Shown piece after piece: positions 38,301 through 49,800 of a stretch of 64,000 bases of DNA; the stretch's first letter is position 1, and each line of letters begins with the position of its first letter. The translations under genes were made by a program, and so were the position numbers. Source of the DNA: Tubiluchus corallicola (Eukaryota; Animalia; Priapulida); contig JAQGDQ010000010.1 of NCBI GenBank assembly GCA_030141605.1, positions 558,001 through 622,000 on the forward strand. The letters are read 5' to 3'. The notes under the pieces were generated by a model, which did no database searches, had not been told where the DNA came from, and saw nothing but the letters and a program-made list of their open reading frames with translations.

Positions 38301-41001
38301 GTTTTGCTAGTATTTCTCAGTGAAGCTGTCTGATGATGTGAAGGCAAAGTCGTTTTCAACAAAAACGAAGGTAGGTGTTTGAAGTCGGTTGCATTTTTAG
38401 CCAGACATTTCTGTAGTCTTTTTCCATCAGTGTGTTATAGGAGTTTACAGCATTAATGTAGCCACCTTTTAAGATTTTTATTCAACTAGCAGAAGCTGAT
38501 GTACTTTTAAGTGAAGATATGTGTATGCCATACAGTAGAAATTCCTTATTTGCAGTAATTTTCACTTGTTTGTGTTTAGCAAAACAGCACTGTCAAAACA
38601 CAAATGATACTAAGTATACATTAAAACTGATGTTTAACATTTTGCTGTTTTTCAGTGCATGGGTTCTGTTATTTTCTAATTATGTTATTAAAATTTTGAT
38701 AATTTGGTGAAATTTGGTTTCAAAAAGTCGCTAAAATATTGTTCTACCCTTGGGTCATAGTAATAATGCCTGGACGGTTCGAACCACAGCTACCAGTGGG
38801 CAAGAGGCCTCGGTTCGAAAACAACATCCTGAAATGAAACTAGCAAACCAAATGACTGGGAGACATTTACCAGCTTTGAAAGAGCGGCATAAGGCCCGAC
38901 CAAAATTTTGACTTAGTAATTTTGTAAAATTAAAATGTTAGTGTTTGAAAGAATTTTTATAACCGAAAAGAACAAAAAGCTGGCTAAACATAAAAATGAA
39001 TCTCCGCTTGAGGGTTCACCACTCCCTTACACTAACACCGAAACAGTTGGGAGGCAAGTCCTGGGAGGGCAGGTGCAGGCTCGTCCTGTTTGGCATCTCA
39101 AACTCCAGCAACCACTGAACTCAAGGAAACAGAATGAGGCACTTATATTTAGAGATTTTACACAAGTGAAGTATTTAAATTTGAGTCAATCAGAAGGTAG
39201 GATTTGTGAATTTTATGCAGGTAAAATTATTACATTTTTGATTTACAGGGGTGTTTTACTTTAAAGCGACTTTCAAATGACGTACAGGCTACATGTCTGT
39301 GTCCTTGAGTGAGTGAAAGGTTGAGCACAAAACAGGGCGATGCACAGCCCCGCAACAATGTTAATGAGATTTCATAATCTGCAATCATTATTTGCAAACT
39401 TACACTGTAACACAATGATTAATGTTTAAGTATGTGCCTAGTACCCGCCAGGAATCGAATTATACATTTACTGAAAATAGTATCACTAATTAATTCGCTG
39501 ACAGTGAAATTACGTCTGTTATTTTTCATCCAAATCTATACATAGTTATTTACATACATGGTTCAACCTAAACATGGTTACTTACAAAAGAGGTAATCTG
39601 TATAATCTATACATTGAACTACTATTTGCTTAAATACTCCATATTAAAAACAAAGTCTTTTTGCTTCTTCTGTACTTTATTTATTTTCTACTATAGATAA
39701 AACTAAAGATGTATGACTATAAATGTAAAACTGTGGTTAACACAATATATTTCTAATGATTATTTTCCTTCAGTTTTTTATAGACCCAATGAAATTACTA
39801 CCTCTGCAACGATTTCTTCCTCAGTCAAAGACATCTGGTAGCAGGGGCGGCGGTGGTAGAGGTGGCGGAAGAGGCAGAGGTATTTTGTTGTTTTTTAGTA
39901 TACAGCAAGTCTTCACTTAACGATGCCTCATTTTAGAACGTTTCTTCTTAACGACGCTGATCTTTTGACATCTTTTATTTACTTAACAAATAACGCTGTA
40001 TGTTTCATTTTAGCAATGATCGGGTAAGTCCTGAAATTTTTTCATTGCTTCACTCATGTTTTATGAAGACCTGTTAACAGAAGTCATGACAATAATTTGT
40101 CCTGCTACGCAGGGAGCGTGACTCATTGCTGGCCACTCTAGCACTTCCCACCTAAAGATGGGATTCCTTTGACAAAAATCTCTCTTGTTACATTGCTGGG
40201 CTGATTATTGGTGACTTATAAAATCAACATGAGAAATATTTCACAAGAGCGTTAAACAGATAAGTGTGCTAAATGGAAGTGTATAGCATTAAACAGTGTT
40301 AACTGCATGAAGCTTTTCAAAATTCTGTATTGATGCTGGACTTCAAATTTTTGTTGAAAACCACAGAGAAAGCAGAGTTCAGTAGTGAGACATGATGTTG
40401 TTAATGCTTTATAGTGTGACAAGGAATTTTTAGCAGAAAAAGAAAGAGCCTCTGCAACCAATGTTAGAAGTCTCTAATAAAAACAAGCACAGTAAGAAAA
40501 AATGAGACAAAGGAACGGTCAGAAGAAGACAGGCTTGCGCATATGCAGAAAAGGAAGCCTATGTTCAAAATTTGAATTTAGATATATACATCTGAATGTT
40601 GCTTAGATACCTCTGCTGGTACAGTTCAGCTGGGAACTCATCTTTGAGAGATATACTTGGTCCCTTGTCAGGGTCTGACCAGGTCGTAACGTCTCTGAGA
40701 AAATGCTTTCTTAAGTGCAGTGTGGTAAGGTGTATAAAAAATTACAACTTGGTCCAAATAACATGGACACTGATATATCACAGCTGTAGCAAGGTGAAAT
40801 TTTAAGCAATTTCAACCTTTAAGTTTAGAGATGATAATCCACTGTGCCTTATGTTTTATTCTAGGTGGACGAGGAGGTGGTTTTCGTGGCAGCAGAGGTG
40901 GAGGAAGAGGAGGTGGTGGATTCCGAGGCAGAGGAGGTGGAGGATTTCGTGGTCGGGGCGGAGGTGGTGGCAGGGGCAGAGGCGGTTTCCGAGGCAGATA
41001 G
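35257..41001 (+). CDS. GAR1: H/ACA ribonucleoprotein complex subunit 1; join(35257-35389,36478-36626,38311-38370,39774-39879,40865-41001), 194 aa
   Basis: N- and C-terminal RGG domains. Core [70 protein letters not shown]. All phases are consistent. Confidence 0.97.
36478..36626 (+). CDS. GAR1: GAR1 coding exon 2
   Basis: [37 protein letters not shown]. Confidence 0.96.
36627..38310 (+). other. U12-type (minor spliceosome) GT-AG intron in GAR1
   Basis: 5'ss GTATCCTTTT. Branch site TTCCTTAAC at 38291-38299, ~12 nt from the AG. No long polypyrimidine tract. Confidence 0.93.
37703..38105. repeat. Local repeat copy B (~325-bp unit plus partial second unit)
   Basis: gcaaatgaaacataataaacaaa..tcctgcaaaaatttt occurs at ~37710 and ~38034. 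The core 37785-38016 is paralogous to 32023-32149 plus 34566-34680. Confidence 0.85.
38311..38370 (+). CDS. GAR1: GAR1 coding exon 3
   Basis: [20 protein letters not shown]. Donor GTAGGT. Confidence 0.95.
39774..39879 (+). CDS. GAR1: GAR1 coding exon 4
   Basis: [35 protein letters not shown]. Confidence 0.95.
39903..40735 (+). mobile_element. Decayed pogo/Tigger-like element in GAR1 intron 4
   Basis: Tigger-type terminus TA|CAGCAAGTCTTCACTTAACG. 40361-40475 translates [26 protein letters not shown], like Tigger transposase C-termini. The right end is uncertain. Confidence 0.5.
40865..41001 (+). CDS. GAR1: GAR1 coding exon 5 (C-terminal RGG, stop TAG 40999-41001)
   Basis: [45 protein letters not shown]. 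Confidence 0.95.
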
Positions 41002-41432
41002 TGACAATTGGGAACTGATAACTTTTACATAACTAAAATGACTGTAGATGAAGCATTGAAAAAGATATATCCAGTTGAAGCCGGTTGACCGAGGAATCAT
41101 GGTCATCACTAGATCATATCCAGTTTGAACAACATTCCTGCATTGTGACATGCTAAATCGTATGGCAGTAGTGCAGTGCAATAAGACATATTTTCTTGAC
41201 ACCTTTTGTTGCTCAGATAGTGACAATTGTGAACTGATAACTTTTACATAACTAAAATGACTGTAGATGAAGCATTGAAAAAGATATATCCAGTTGAAGC
41301 CGGTTGACCGAGGAATCATGGTCATCACTAGATCATATCCAGTTTGAACAACATTCCTGCATTGTGACATGCTAAATCGTATGGCAGTAGTGCAGTACAA
41401 TAAGACATATTTTCTTGACACATTTTGTTGCT
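40995..41432. repeat. 219-bp tandem duplication of the GAR1 stop codon and proximal 3'UTR
   Basis: 40995-41213 versus 41214-41432; 3 substitutions seen. Confidence 0.97.
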
Positions 41433-41465
41433 TTTCCCAAAAGTGGTGGCGGTCGAGCGACTTTA

Positions 41466-41976
41466 CTGTGGCGGCTCGTAGTTAATGGGGATGCTGCTTC
41501 AGAAAATTTTTAGCCATTGTTTTTTAGCCATTACAATACTATGTAAAAGGAAACAAACGTATATGTAATTTTAATGTTGTAGTTTGTAATTAGTTTGTAG
41601 TTAGCTTGATAAAATCCTAATACACAATTTTTGTTTATTAATAGCCTAAATTGCTGCAATTCAAGAAGATACACGATTTTTAAGCACGTGACAACTGACA
41701 ACAAATTGTGTGAGCAACAGTACTTTCCCTACCTAGCAGCAGACATTAGCAGTACACCGTACAGCATGTTATCTCTGACATGTGAAAATGGCCGTATGCT
41801 TACAACAGTTAAACACCACTGTGCTGGGCTGTGAAGCAAACAGTAACACCCTCATGTGCTCTGGTTCCGTACAAGTATAAAAAATACAAGACTCGTTATA
41901 TTGAATATCATCGATAATATTGAGTGAAAATAGGGAGTGCTGCAGTTTCACAGCACCTATACGCGAGCCGCCACTG
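41466..41976. mobile_element. ~510-bp MITE with CAGTGGCGGCTCG terminal inverted repeats
   Basis: ctgtggcggctcg ... cgagccgccactg (12/13 match). No TSD recognised. Confidence 0.65.
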
Positions 41977-43736
41977 TTCACTATTCAGTATTCACGTGCC
42001 TGCCATGTAAAAGTGTGGTCTACATTATTGAATTGTTAATGCATGATCATTTCAAAATGAACACAGGAGAAGGTTAAAGAGGAAAATGGGTGCTTGTTTC
42101 TTTACTGAAAATATAAATTTCCCTTTTTATTTCTGTAAATGGACTTTGCCTGTAAATGGAAAACCGTGTCTTTGGGGAATGCCATTAACTGAAAGTTAGA
42201 TTAATAAATTTTGTAATACGTGAACATTGCGAAAATTAGTTTTTTTCCAGCTGACTAACGTTCTATTTCCGTAACTTGGTCTTTAATGTCCAATGAGGGA
42301 CTTTTCCTTGAAACTTTAAATCACATCAAAAACTATCCTATCATGTACTGTTTTGAAGATAATCTGCACTCAACTAAAACTTGCTGTAAAGTCTTTGGAC
42401 AACTGCACCAGTGTGGGTCCCTATTAGTTCTACGAAAGGTAATTAAAAAAAGGTCTGTTGCTTTTATGAACATGAAAGGTGAATTCTGTTATTTTTCAGG
42501 TCTTTTGTCAATTTTAAAACAAGCCGAAGATGCTTAATAAAGGCAACATTTTATTCAATTGATCAGATTTTTACAAACAACACATGAAATTTCAATCAAA
42601 CTATTTCATAAATAATTGCATTTCTTAAAATCCAACAGGCTAGCACCAGTAATAATAAGTATAAGAGGAGTTATTAACAGTTTTGCTCAGATTCAACTTA
42701 ATTTTGAGATCAGAGTTCCTAAAATTGTTTATTGCGTTAAAAAATTAATTATAGATTAGGTGCTTAAACGATATCACACATTATTAGTGAGTTACCTAGG
42801 ACAATGAAAAAGCATTTAAGAAATTTGGTCATGCGCAGATATTACAGTTTTGCCTGCACTAAAATTTAATAATGAAAATGTGAGCTGTCGTTCACCAGCT
42901 GTTGAAAGAAATGCCCATGATTGGGCTTTTCTGACTATTCCTTTAATAAAAATTACTTCGATATTTTTACATTTTCTCACATCAAATGCACAGAATTTTG
43001 ATGAAAGTAAATAATAATTGTTGCTGTTGAATACATTACAAAACTCCCCACGAAAAATTATATAGGAACCCAATTATAGTAACAGAGATTTACATTATAA
43101 TATCAAAAACAATCATCGCAACATTTTTCACAGTTATATCATAAATATCTAAGTTCAAAAACTACTGACTCATCATATAACAACTTGCATTGAAGGAATG
43201 CTAAATAATTGTACAAAATCTCCCTCACTAGGATATTTTTTTATGCCAATAATGTCTCTGATAAAAATAAAACTGAATGAATTAATGCAGAATCATTTGA
43301 TAAAATGATTCCTGGGTAAATTTCCATTCACAATGAGTGGTCCTTGGCTGGTTTCCATGTAATGAGTTCCTTTTCACTAGGTGCAGCACCAATAACGTAA
43401 AATAAAAACCACAGTACAAGCAAACTCCATTACACTACCTGTTTTTCGTAAAAGTAGATCAACGTGGCAGTTACCATGATTTGCATTGCACGTTAACAGC
43501 TCCATGATAAGGTCACTGTGGTATAAGAATCTCACTTGCAGCAAAGTTTGGGAAATCTGGAGTTATTTCTATTTTTGGCAAACAAAAAGAAGAATGTCCA
43601 TGCAAAAAAGCACTTGCACCACAGCCCCGCGTTTTGTGAAAGTCTGACTCTGTTTTAGGAAATAGACGAATTAACAGCAAATACCAACAAAAATAGAATT
43701 TCCAATTGGGACACCCTGTAGTTTGTGAAATAGCAA

Positions 43737-43812
43737 TCAAATTCCTATAGTTATGTGTGGAGAGTGTGTGGAAGCTATTGCTATTAGCAAAGGAAGATCA
43801 CCTTCTGAATAC
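43737..43812 (-). CDS. FNIP1: FNIP exon 15 (stop TGA 43739-43737)
   Basis: [24 protein letters not shown]. Confidence 0.92.
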
Positions 43813-46800
43813 CTAAAAAATAAACAAAGAATTCATTGCAACATGTATACAAAACAGAAGGTAAATGCTAAACAGAAAGAGATTGGCTGAAGATCAATAC
43901 AAATGACAATGCATCTAACTTCATATGTCAGGGTGCCAGTAGTTGTAAATTAATCGTAAAGATGGCAGCAAAATACGACTCTCAGAATAATCAACCAAAA
44001 CATGAATTTCACTAATATATAATTTTGGAATACAAATACAATATGGTAATAATACATTCTACTGACGTGAGGATTTACACAGTTAAGCAAAGTGCAATTG
44101 TGCGAGTACTTGAAAATTTTTCAGCTGCTTTAAACTTTTGGCATCCTGCTTTAAGTAAACTGTTCTTTCTATACCATAAACAGCAAATTTCAATGTCTAA
44201 ACGTTCATGCAGGCCTGCTCATAGCATAGCACTGCCGACGAGTTAAAACATACCCTAAAGCTGCAGCAACTTCTGGTAGGTTGATGTAGTTTCTAGACTT
44301 GAGGAATTCGACGACCAGTCTAGATTTGAAGTAAAGCTCCTGTAAACGATCTTCAAGGTGCATCAAGCACTGTAATAAATAACTTGATGAATGAAGTGCC
44401 TCACAAAGATAATTAGCATGAGGGCACTTAGTAGAAGTCGTAACCCAACGTTACAAAGGGTAATTTTTTGACATTTTTCGATTTTGTTACTTTCACTTTT
44501 GACCTTTTGAATGTTTTTAGCCTGATGCCAATTTGGTGATTATAGCTTGTTCCATTTGGACTTTACTGTGCCAAAAAACAAAGAAATATATGAGACTAAA
44601 CTTCCATGTCTGGACTACTGTTAATAGTAAAAAGCCATAAGACAAATTTCCTTTCTGCATTTTTTTAATAAATTACCATCATTGAAGAAAATGACAAGAG
44701 ATTTTAAGTTTATCTTAACATGGGGCTTTTAATAACTGGAGCTCTTCGTCAATCAAAAGGTTTGCAACACGACAATTAATTGACTTATTACAGCACATAA
44801 GCTGAAACAAATGCAAGTTGAAATCAGCAAGAAAATTCCAATAACCTTTCTTTCAACTACTATTTAGCTAGAAATGTGCAACATGATTTAAGCCGATAGT
44901 ATGCAGTGTAATTTCTAAGAACAATAATTTATTGCCAAAATACCGTGCCTTAATACATGCTGTGGTGGCACTAGAACTGTTACTGCTCTTGCTTAAGAAA
45001 ACACATATTACACTGATTCTGCAATTGTCCTTTACATATACAGGGAAGATACCACAAAAAATTCAGAATCATAAATGTTTTCAAACTAGTGCTACAATGC
45101 TTTACATGTTAATAAAAATTAGAGGTACTCAGTAAACTTACAAATTCAACTGGCAGCTGCAACTTCCACAGTTCATAAACACTCTCTAGCATATCAGCAA
45201 CAAGACGAGAGAACACCATTGGAGTTTCATGAATGGAGTCAGGCGCCTGACTGGAACATTCTAGATGGGTGACAGTCCTAGACAGAATCATAGATATTTA
45301 GATAAAAAATAAAGTTTGTTAAATAAAATATTATTTGTTCAAATCCTTTTTCACTAGCATAAAACAAGACTCAACCAACTGTTTTTGAATAATAGTGACG
45401 ACACCTACCAAAATTTCTTTGTTAGTTCTTCTAACTTTGAACTAACAGTTTGCATTCCATAACTGTTATTATTATGCTATTACATGTCACTACTAATCCA
45501 CTAACATGCAATATATTTACTATTATATAATATTAATACTCATATAATCATTTGACAAAAATGATATAGAATGCTATTGATCAGCAATTTATCCTGCCCA
45601 CTACAGATCAATAAGCACAGTATGCAAATTAGTAGCTAAATACGGAACTAAATCCATCCGTGGGAAGCTTAGCTTTAAAACTGTTAGATAGCCAGAAGAG
45701 ATATCAAAAGGTCTGGGCTCAATTCTTGGACAGAGAAATACTATTCCTGTCTATCAGCCTAACAGTTTTCTCGTCTGCTACATGTACGCTACTGTAAAGT
45801 CACATTAAAAATAATGTTCTAATTATATACATAATGTTACCATTTATCAGTGTCAGCTACTACAGCCACTGCCTCTAGTACTGGCTCGTCTACAACTGGA
45901 TGTCGGGCAGCATGTGACAGATCTCGTAACAACTTTTCCCTGAATTTAGCATCTGTTGTTCCTTGAAGCACGAAATCAGACACGTAACGTGCGGTATAGC
46001 CCCCTAGTAGCGACCAGCCAAGACTTGTTTGTTCTGATGGGACCAGCAGATGTTCGCATCTAAAAAAGCAGCCAAAATTTAGTGTGATAAAAAACAATTA
46101 TAGCCAGATATATCTAATATATATATATATATATATATTTCTTTATTTGCCAGACAATTTTTTATTTTAGATTATCACAAAAGCAAGATCTGTTTTCACT
46201 GGCACTTTGTCACCTAAAATTAATACTTAAAAAGAAATTTAACTGAAGTACAGGATTAAGAAGTAAAAAGATAGTGAAAATACAAGTACCACAATTGTGA
46301 ATGTGCAAGCCGGAAGATCTGAAACACCATTTTACCAAGAATTACACTAGGAAACACAGTTATTAACAGAAGGTAGAGAATAAGCAAACTCACTCTTTCA
46401 AATATGAATAACTAACAGTTAAGTATTACCTGGGTAATGGCAATTCTATTGTTGAATCAAATACCCTGGAAACATCAGAACAGGTAGACGTACCACGCTG
46501 ATGACACACACGTGATGACGAGCTGGTGCTGCCATCTCCCTGGCCAAGTGGTAGCGACAAAAGTGAATTAGACCGCAATGGAAAATGGAGTAAATCTCTA
46601 GTTGTGCCTGAAAGGACATGCAGATGAGAATGTAATCCCAATAATGCAACACTACCTCATGGTTAAACGTAACATGTGACCACAAAAATAATATTGACAC
46701 TGTCAAATGGAAAAGAATCAACCAAAACATATGTAGACATAAAAAATGTAAAAGAAACAAATGAGAAACTCACTATAACACAAAGAACTAACTGCAAATT

Positions 46801-49800
46801 ACTTGGCACCTTTATTCAGTAAGGTAAAGTTTATTCTACTACATTTTCTTACATATTCTGCAAAGTTCAAAAGCTAAGATATTTTGCAATTACGTAACTG
46901 AACTCACAAATCGAATGTTGAAATATAAAAAATTGACAACTAAAGGCATGGCCTCCCTTTATCATGTGGAGCAGGATATGACAAACATTATAAGCAAATT
47001 GCAATCCCTGCTTGAAGAAAGACACTTAACATATTTATGCAAACCAACATTCTTTTTGATCTGTCAACTTCTGTTATTTTGGCCCGACAACATGTGGATA
47101 AACATGAAACATGCTGGAGGTGCACATATCATCACATTAAGGTATGTTCACACAGATTTTATCAAGAGAACTGTTCTCTTCGCTAAAACATGTCTAACTA
47201 CATGGCACATCAGTCATTACAGACAAGGACCCTAAGGCCTAAAAGAAATCTTACCAAATAAAGTATGTCCATCCAGGGATCCTCTGTGTCCTTTTGTGGA
47301 ATCACATTTAGCTTCCTTCATATCACCGATCACTGGCATGTTACATGGTAACGAGTGATGTTTCATCACACTCTGTTTCTGCTCACTGATATCACCAACA
47401 GATATTCTGCTATCATCTGTTTGACTATTACCAACCTGTGCCTTGTCAATTAAAAGTTTAGCAGCACTATCTATTTCTAGTTTTGCAGAATTATCTTCTG
47501 CCTTAGCTGAAAAACGAATCAATGGGTTTTTCTTCACGAGATTTTCCAGCCGTTGACGCAGTTCAGGACAAGGTATTCGCTCGATTTCCAATAGATCTTC
47601 TATGGTAAGCATTACCGTGTTTCCCTTCTCTAGTTCCAGCAAAATTTGATAAATGCGTTTTTGCTTGTCTGGAGAAGAAACTGCGGACAAGTTAAAGCAT
47701 GATGCAACCACTGGCTCCAAAGTTTGATACGAAACATTTTCATCTTTACCAAATACTTTCACTTTGCCAGCAGTGAAACTTTGACGAACTTGAGGCACTT
47801 CAATATCATCTATGGTTTTTGTCTCAACATCTTCATCAAAGTATTCATCCAAAAAGCTTCGATCTTTTGATGGAAGGCGGATGTATTTTAGATATTTATT
47901 GTCTGTCTCGTTTTTGCTTGATATACAATCTATCTTACTCACTGAACATCTATTGCATGGTCCTGTCTTAACACCCAGTGAATCGGATTTCAAAATATCA
48001 CCATTTGGCAAACAGACATGATTCACAATTCTGCGAGGCTGGCACTTACTGAATGACAATAGTGCTAGGCCTTTTGGTACACTAGATGTAGCGTAATCAC
48101 GGGAGCTCTTTTCCAAAGAAACACGAGTTATCGTGGTGTCAGAACCTACATGGCGAACTAGTTCTCTGCTTGGCTGACGTGTCTTAGGAAATTTTTCCTG
48201 AATCACAATCTCACATGGTGCATTTACAGTGTCATCACTTGCTCTTACTTGATGAAAGACGTTGGGCGATGAGGTAGACACACATTTGCTTACAACAGTA
48301 TTAGATACATTATTTTTAGTACTGACAGAAAAATCACATGGATCTTGCTGTTTTTCATTGCTTGCAGATTTCTTATCAAAATAATTACTACCAAGTGTTC
48401 CACCTCTTAGTTCTGAATCTTGGTGCAATAAATCATGAACAGCACAGGTCAGAGGTTCATCACTTGTAGGCATCCAAGACTTTTTATGATCTTCTGACGA
48501 ACTGCTCACCTGTGCACAACACAAGTCTTCTGACTGAGCTTTGGAACTGACTTTTTGCTGTAAAATAGTATTTGCTGATGCAGCATTTGTTTGTTTTGGT
48601 GAATTCTTAGCAATATTTTTGTTATGATCATCGGGTTCATCGGTTGCAATCTCACTGTCCAATCTCACATACCACGTGCTTCGTGGAAATGATCCATCAG
48701 CAATACTGTCAACCGCATTAGTGGGTGAGAGGCTCATACTACCTGATGAGCTAGCCACAGAACACTTTGAGTCAGGTGATAATGATGACGCTGGAACTAT
48801 TTTGTCCAAATACAAGTCTGTGTTACCGCTATGAAAAATTATTTTATCACTTTCCACATTTTTCACACTAGAATCTGGGGATTTATTTACACTACTGCTG
48901 TCATTATTCATTATTGCATAACATAACCTGCCAGTGTTTACTTGCCACCTAGGAGCATTTGTGTTATTACCTGTAAAATCACCACATTCATTAACATCCA
49001 CTTTGGCTTGGCCCAATTTAGAACCATTCAGTCGCTGACACTGCGGACCATCGTGCGGTCGTAACCTGGACACTTCTGTTTTATACGGACCAATATTGGA
49101 AGCAGGACTCCCCACATTGTCCTGATACATTAGACTGCTTCCTGTGCTGCCCTGTCTCTGACGATGTTTACAGCGGTTGTGCCCTTTCAGATGAGCCCTT
49201 GCAGAATCTGGGCTACTGCATACACTGCTGTGAGAGCGACAACAACAGGCAGAATTCATGCTGCTGCCTGAAAGCAAGCGACTGCGAGACTTGAGCTCAT
49301 GGTCATTTAGTTTCATCTCAAACACCTCACTACACCGTATAAAATAGGTAAGAATGAATAGTAGTTTGTGGACAATGTCAGTCTTTTTGCCCACAATAAT
49401 AGTTCTTGAAAGTTTGCAAGGCTGTGAGACTGAACCGCAAAGATCTCTGAAAAGAAAATAAGGTACAAGTTAATATCAGCAAGTTATTCGGATATTTTAA
49501 TAAACTACTCAACAGATGAATGAAACGACTACAAATCAAATGAAGTTGAGGCCCTAACTACCAAGTGTGAAACAGAACAAATCGGAAAACTTTTTAATAC
49601 TCTTCGTAGATTTAACTATCACATGTGCGCAGATGACAGTTGCGCAGAGAGATATTACTGTACTCGCACAAAAAGTGTGACAAATACTATAGTCTGCTGT
49701 CAGGCAAACAATAATAAAGTTTTACAAGATCAAATTGCATTCAACTGATAGGCAAAAACAGTCCTTGATTGAAACACTTTCGAAGTACTGATTAGATAAG

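Noticed and set aside
40861-41421. 186-aa minus-strand ORF with an internal 73-aa repeat
   Set aside because: Antisense by-product of the 219-bp duplication and GAR1 exon 5.
43707-43720. Tc1/mariner-like terminus TACAGGGTGTCCCA just after the FNIP stop
   Set aside because: No partner TIR found; may be chance or a tiny relic.
45255-45290. 5S-like ctagatgggtgacag
   Set aside because: Lies in FNIP coding exon 13 and its acceptor; coincidental.
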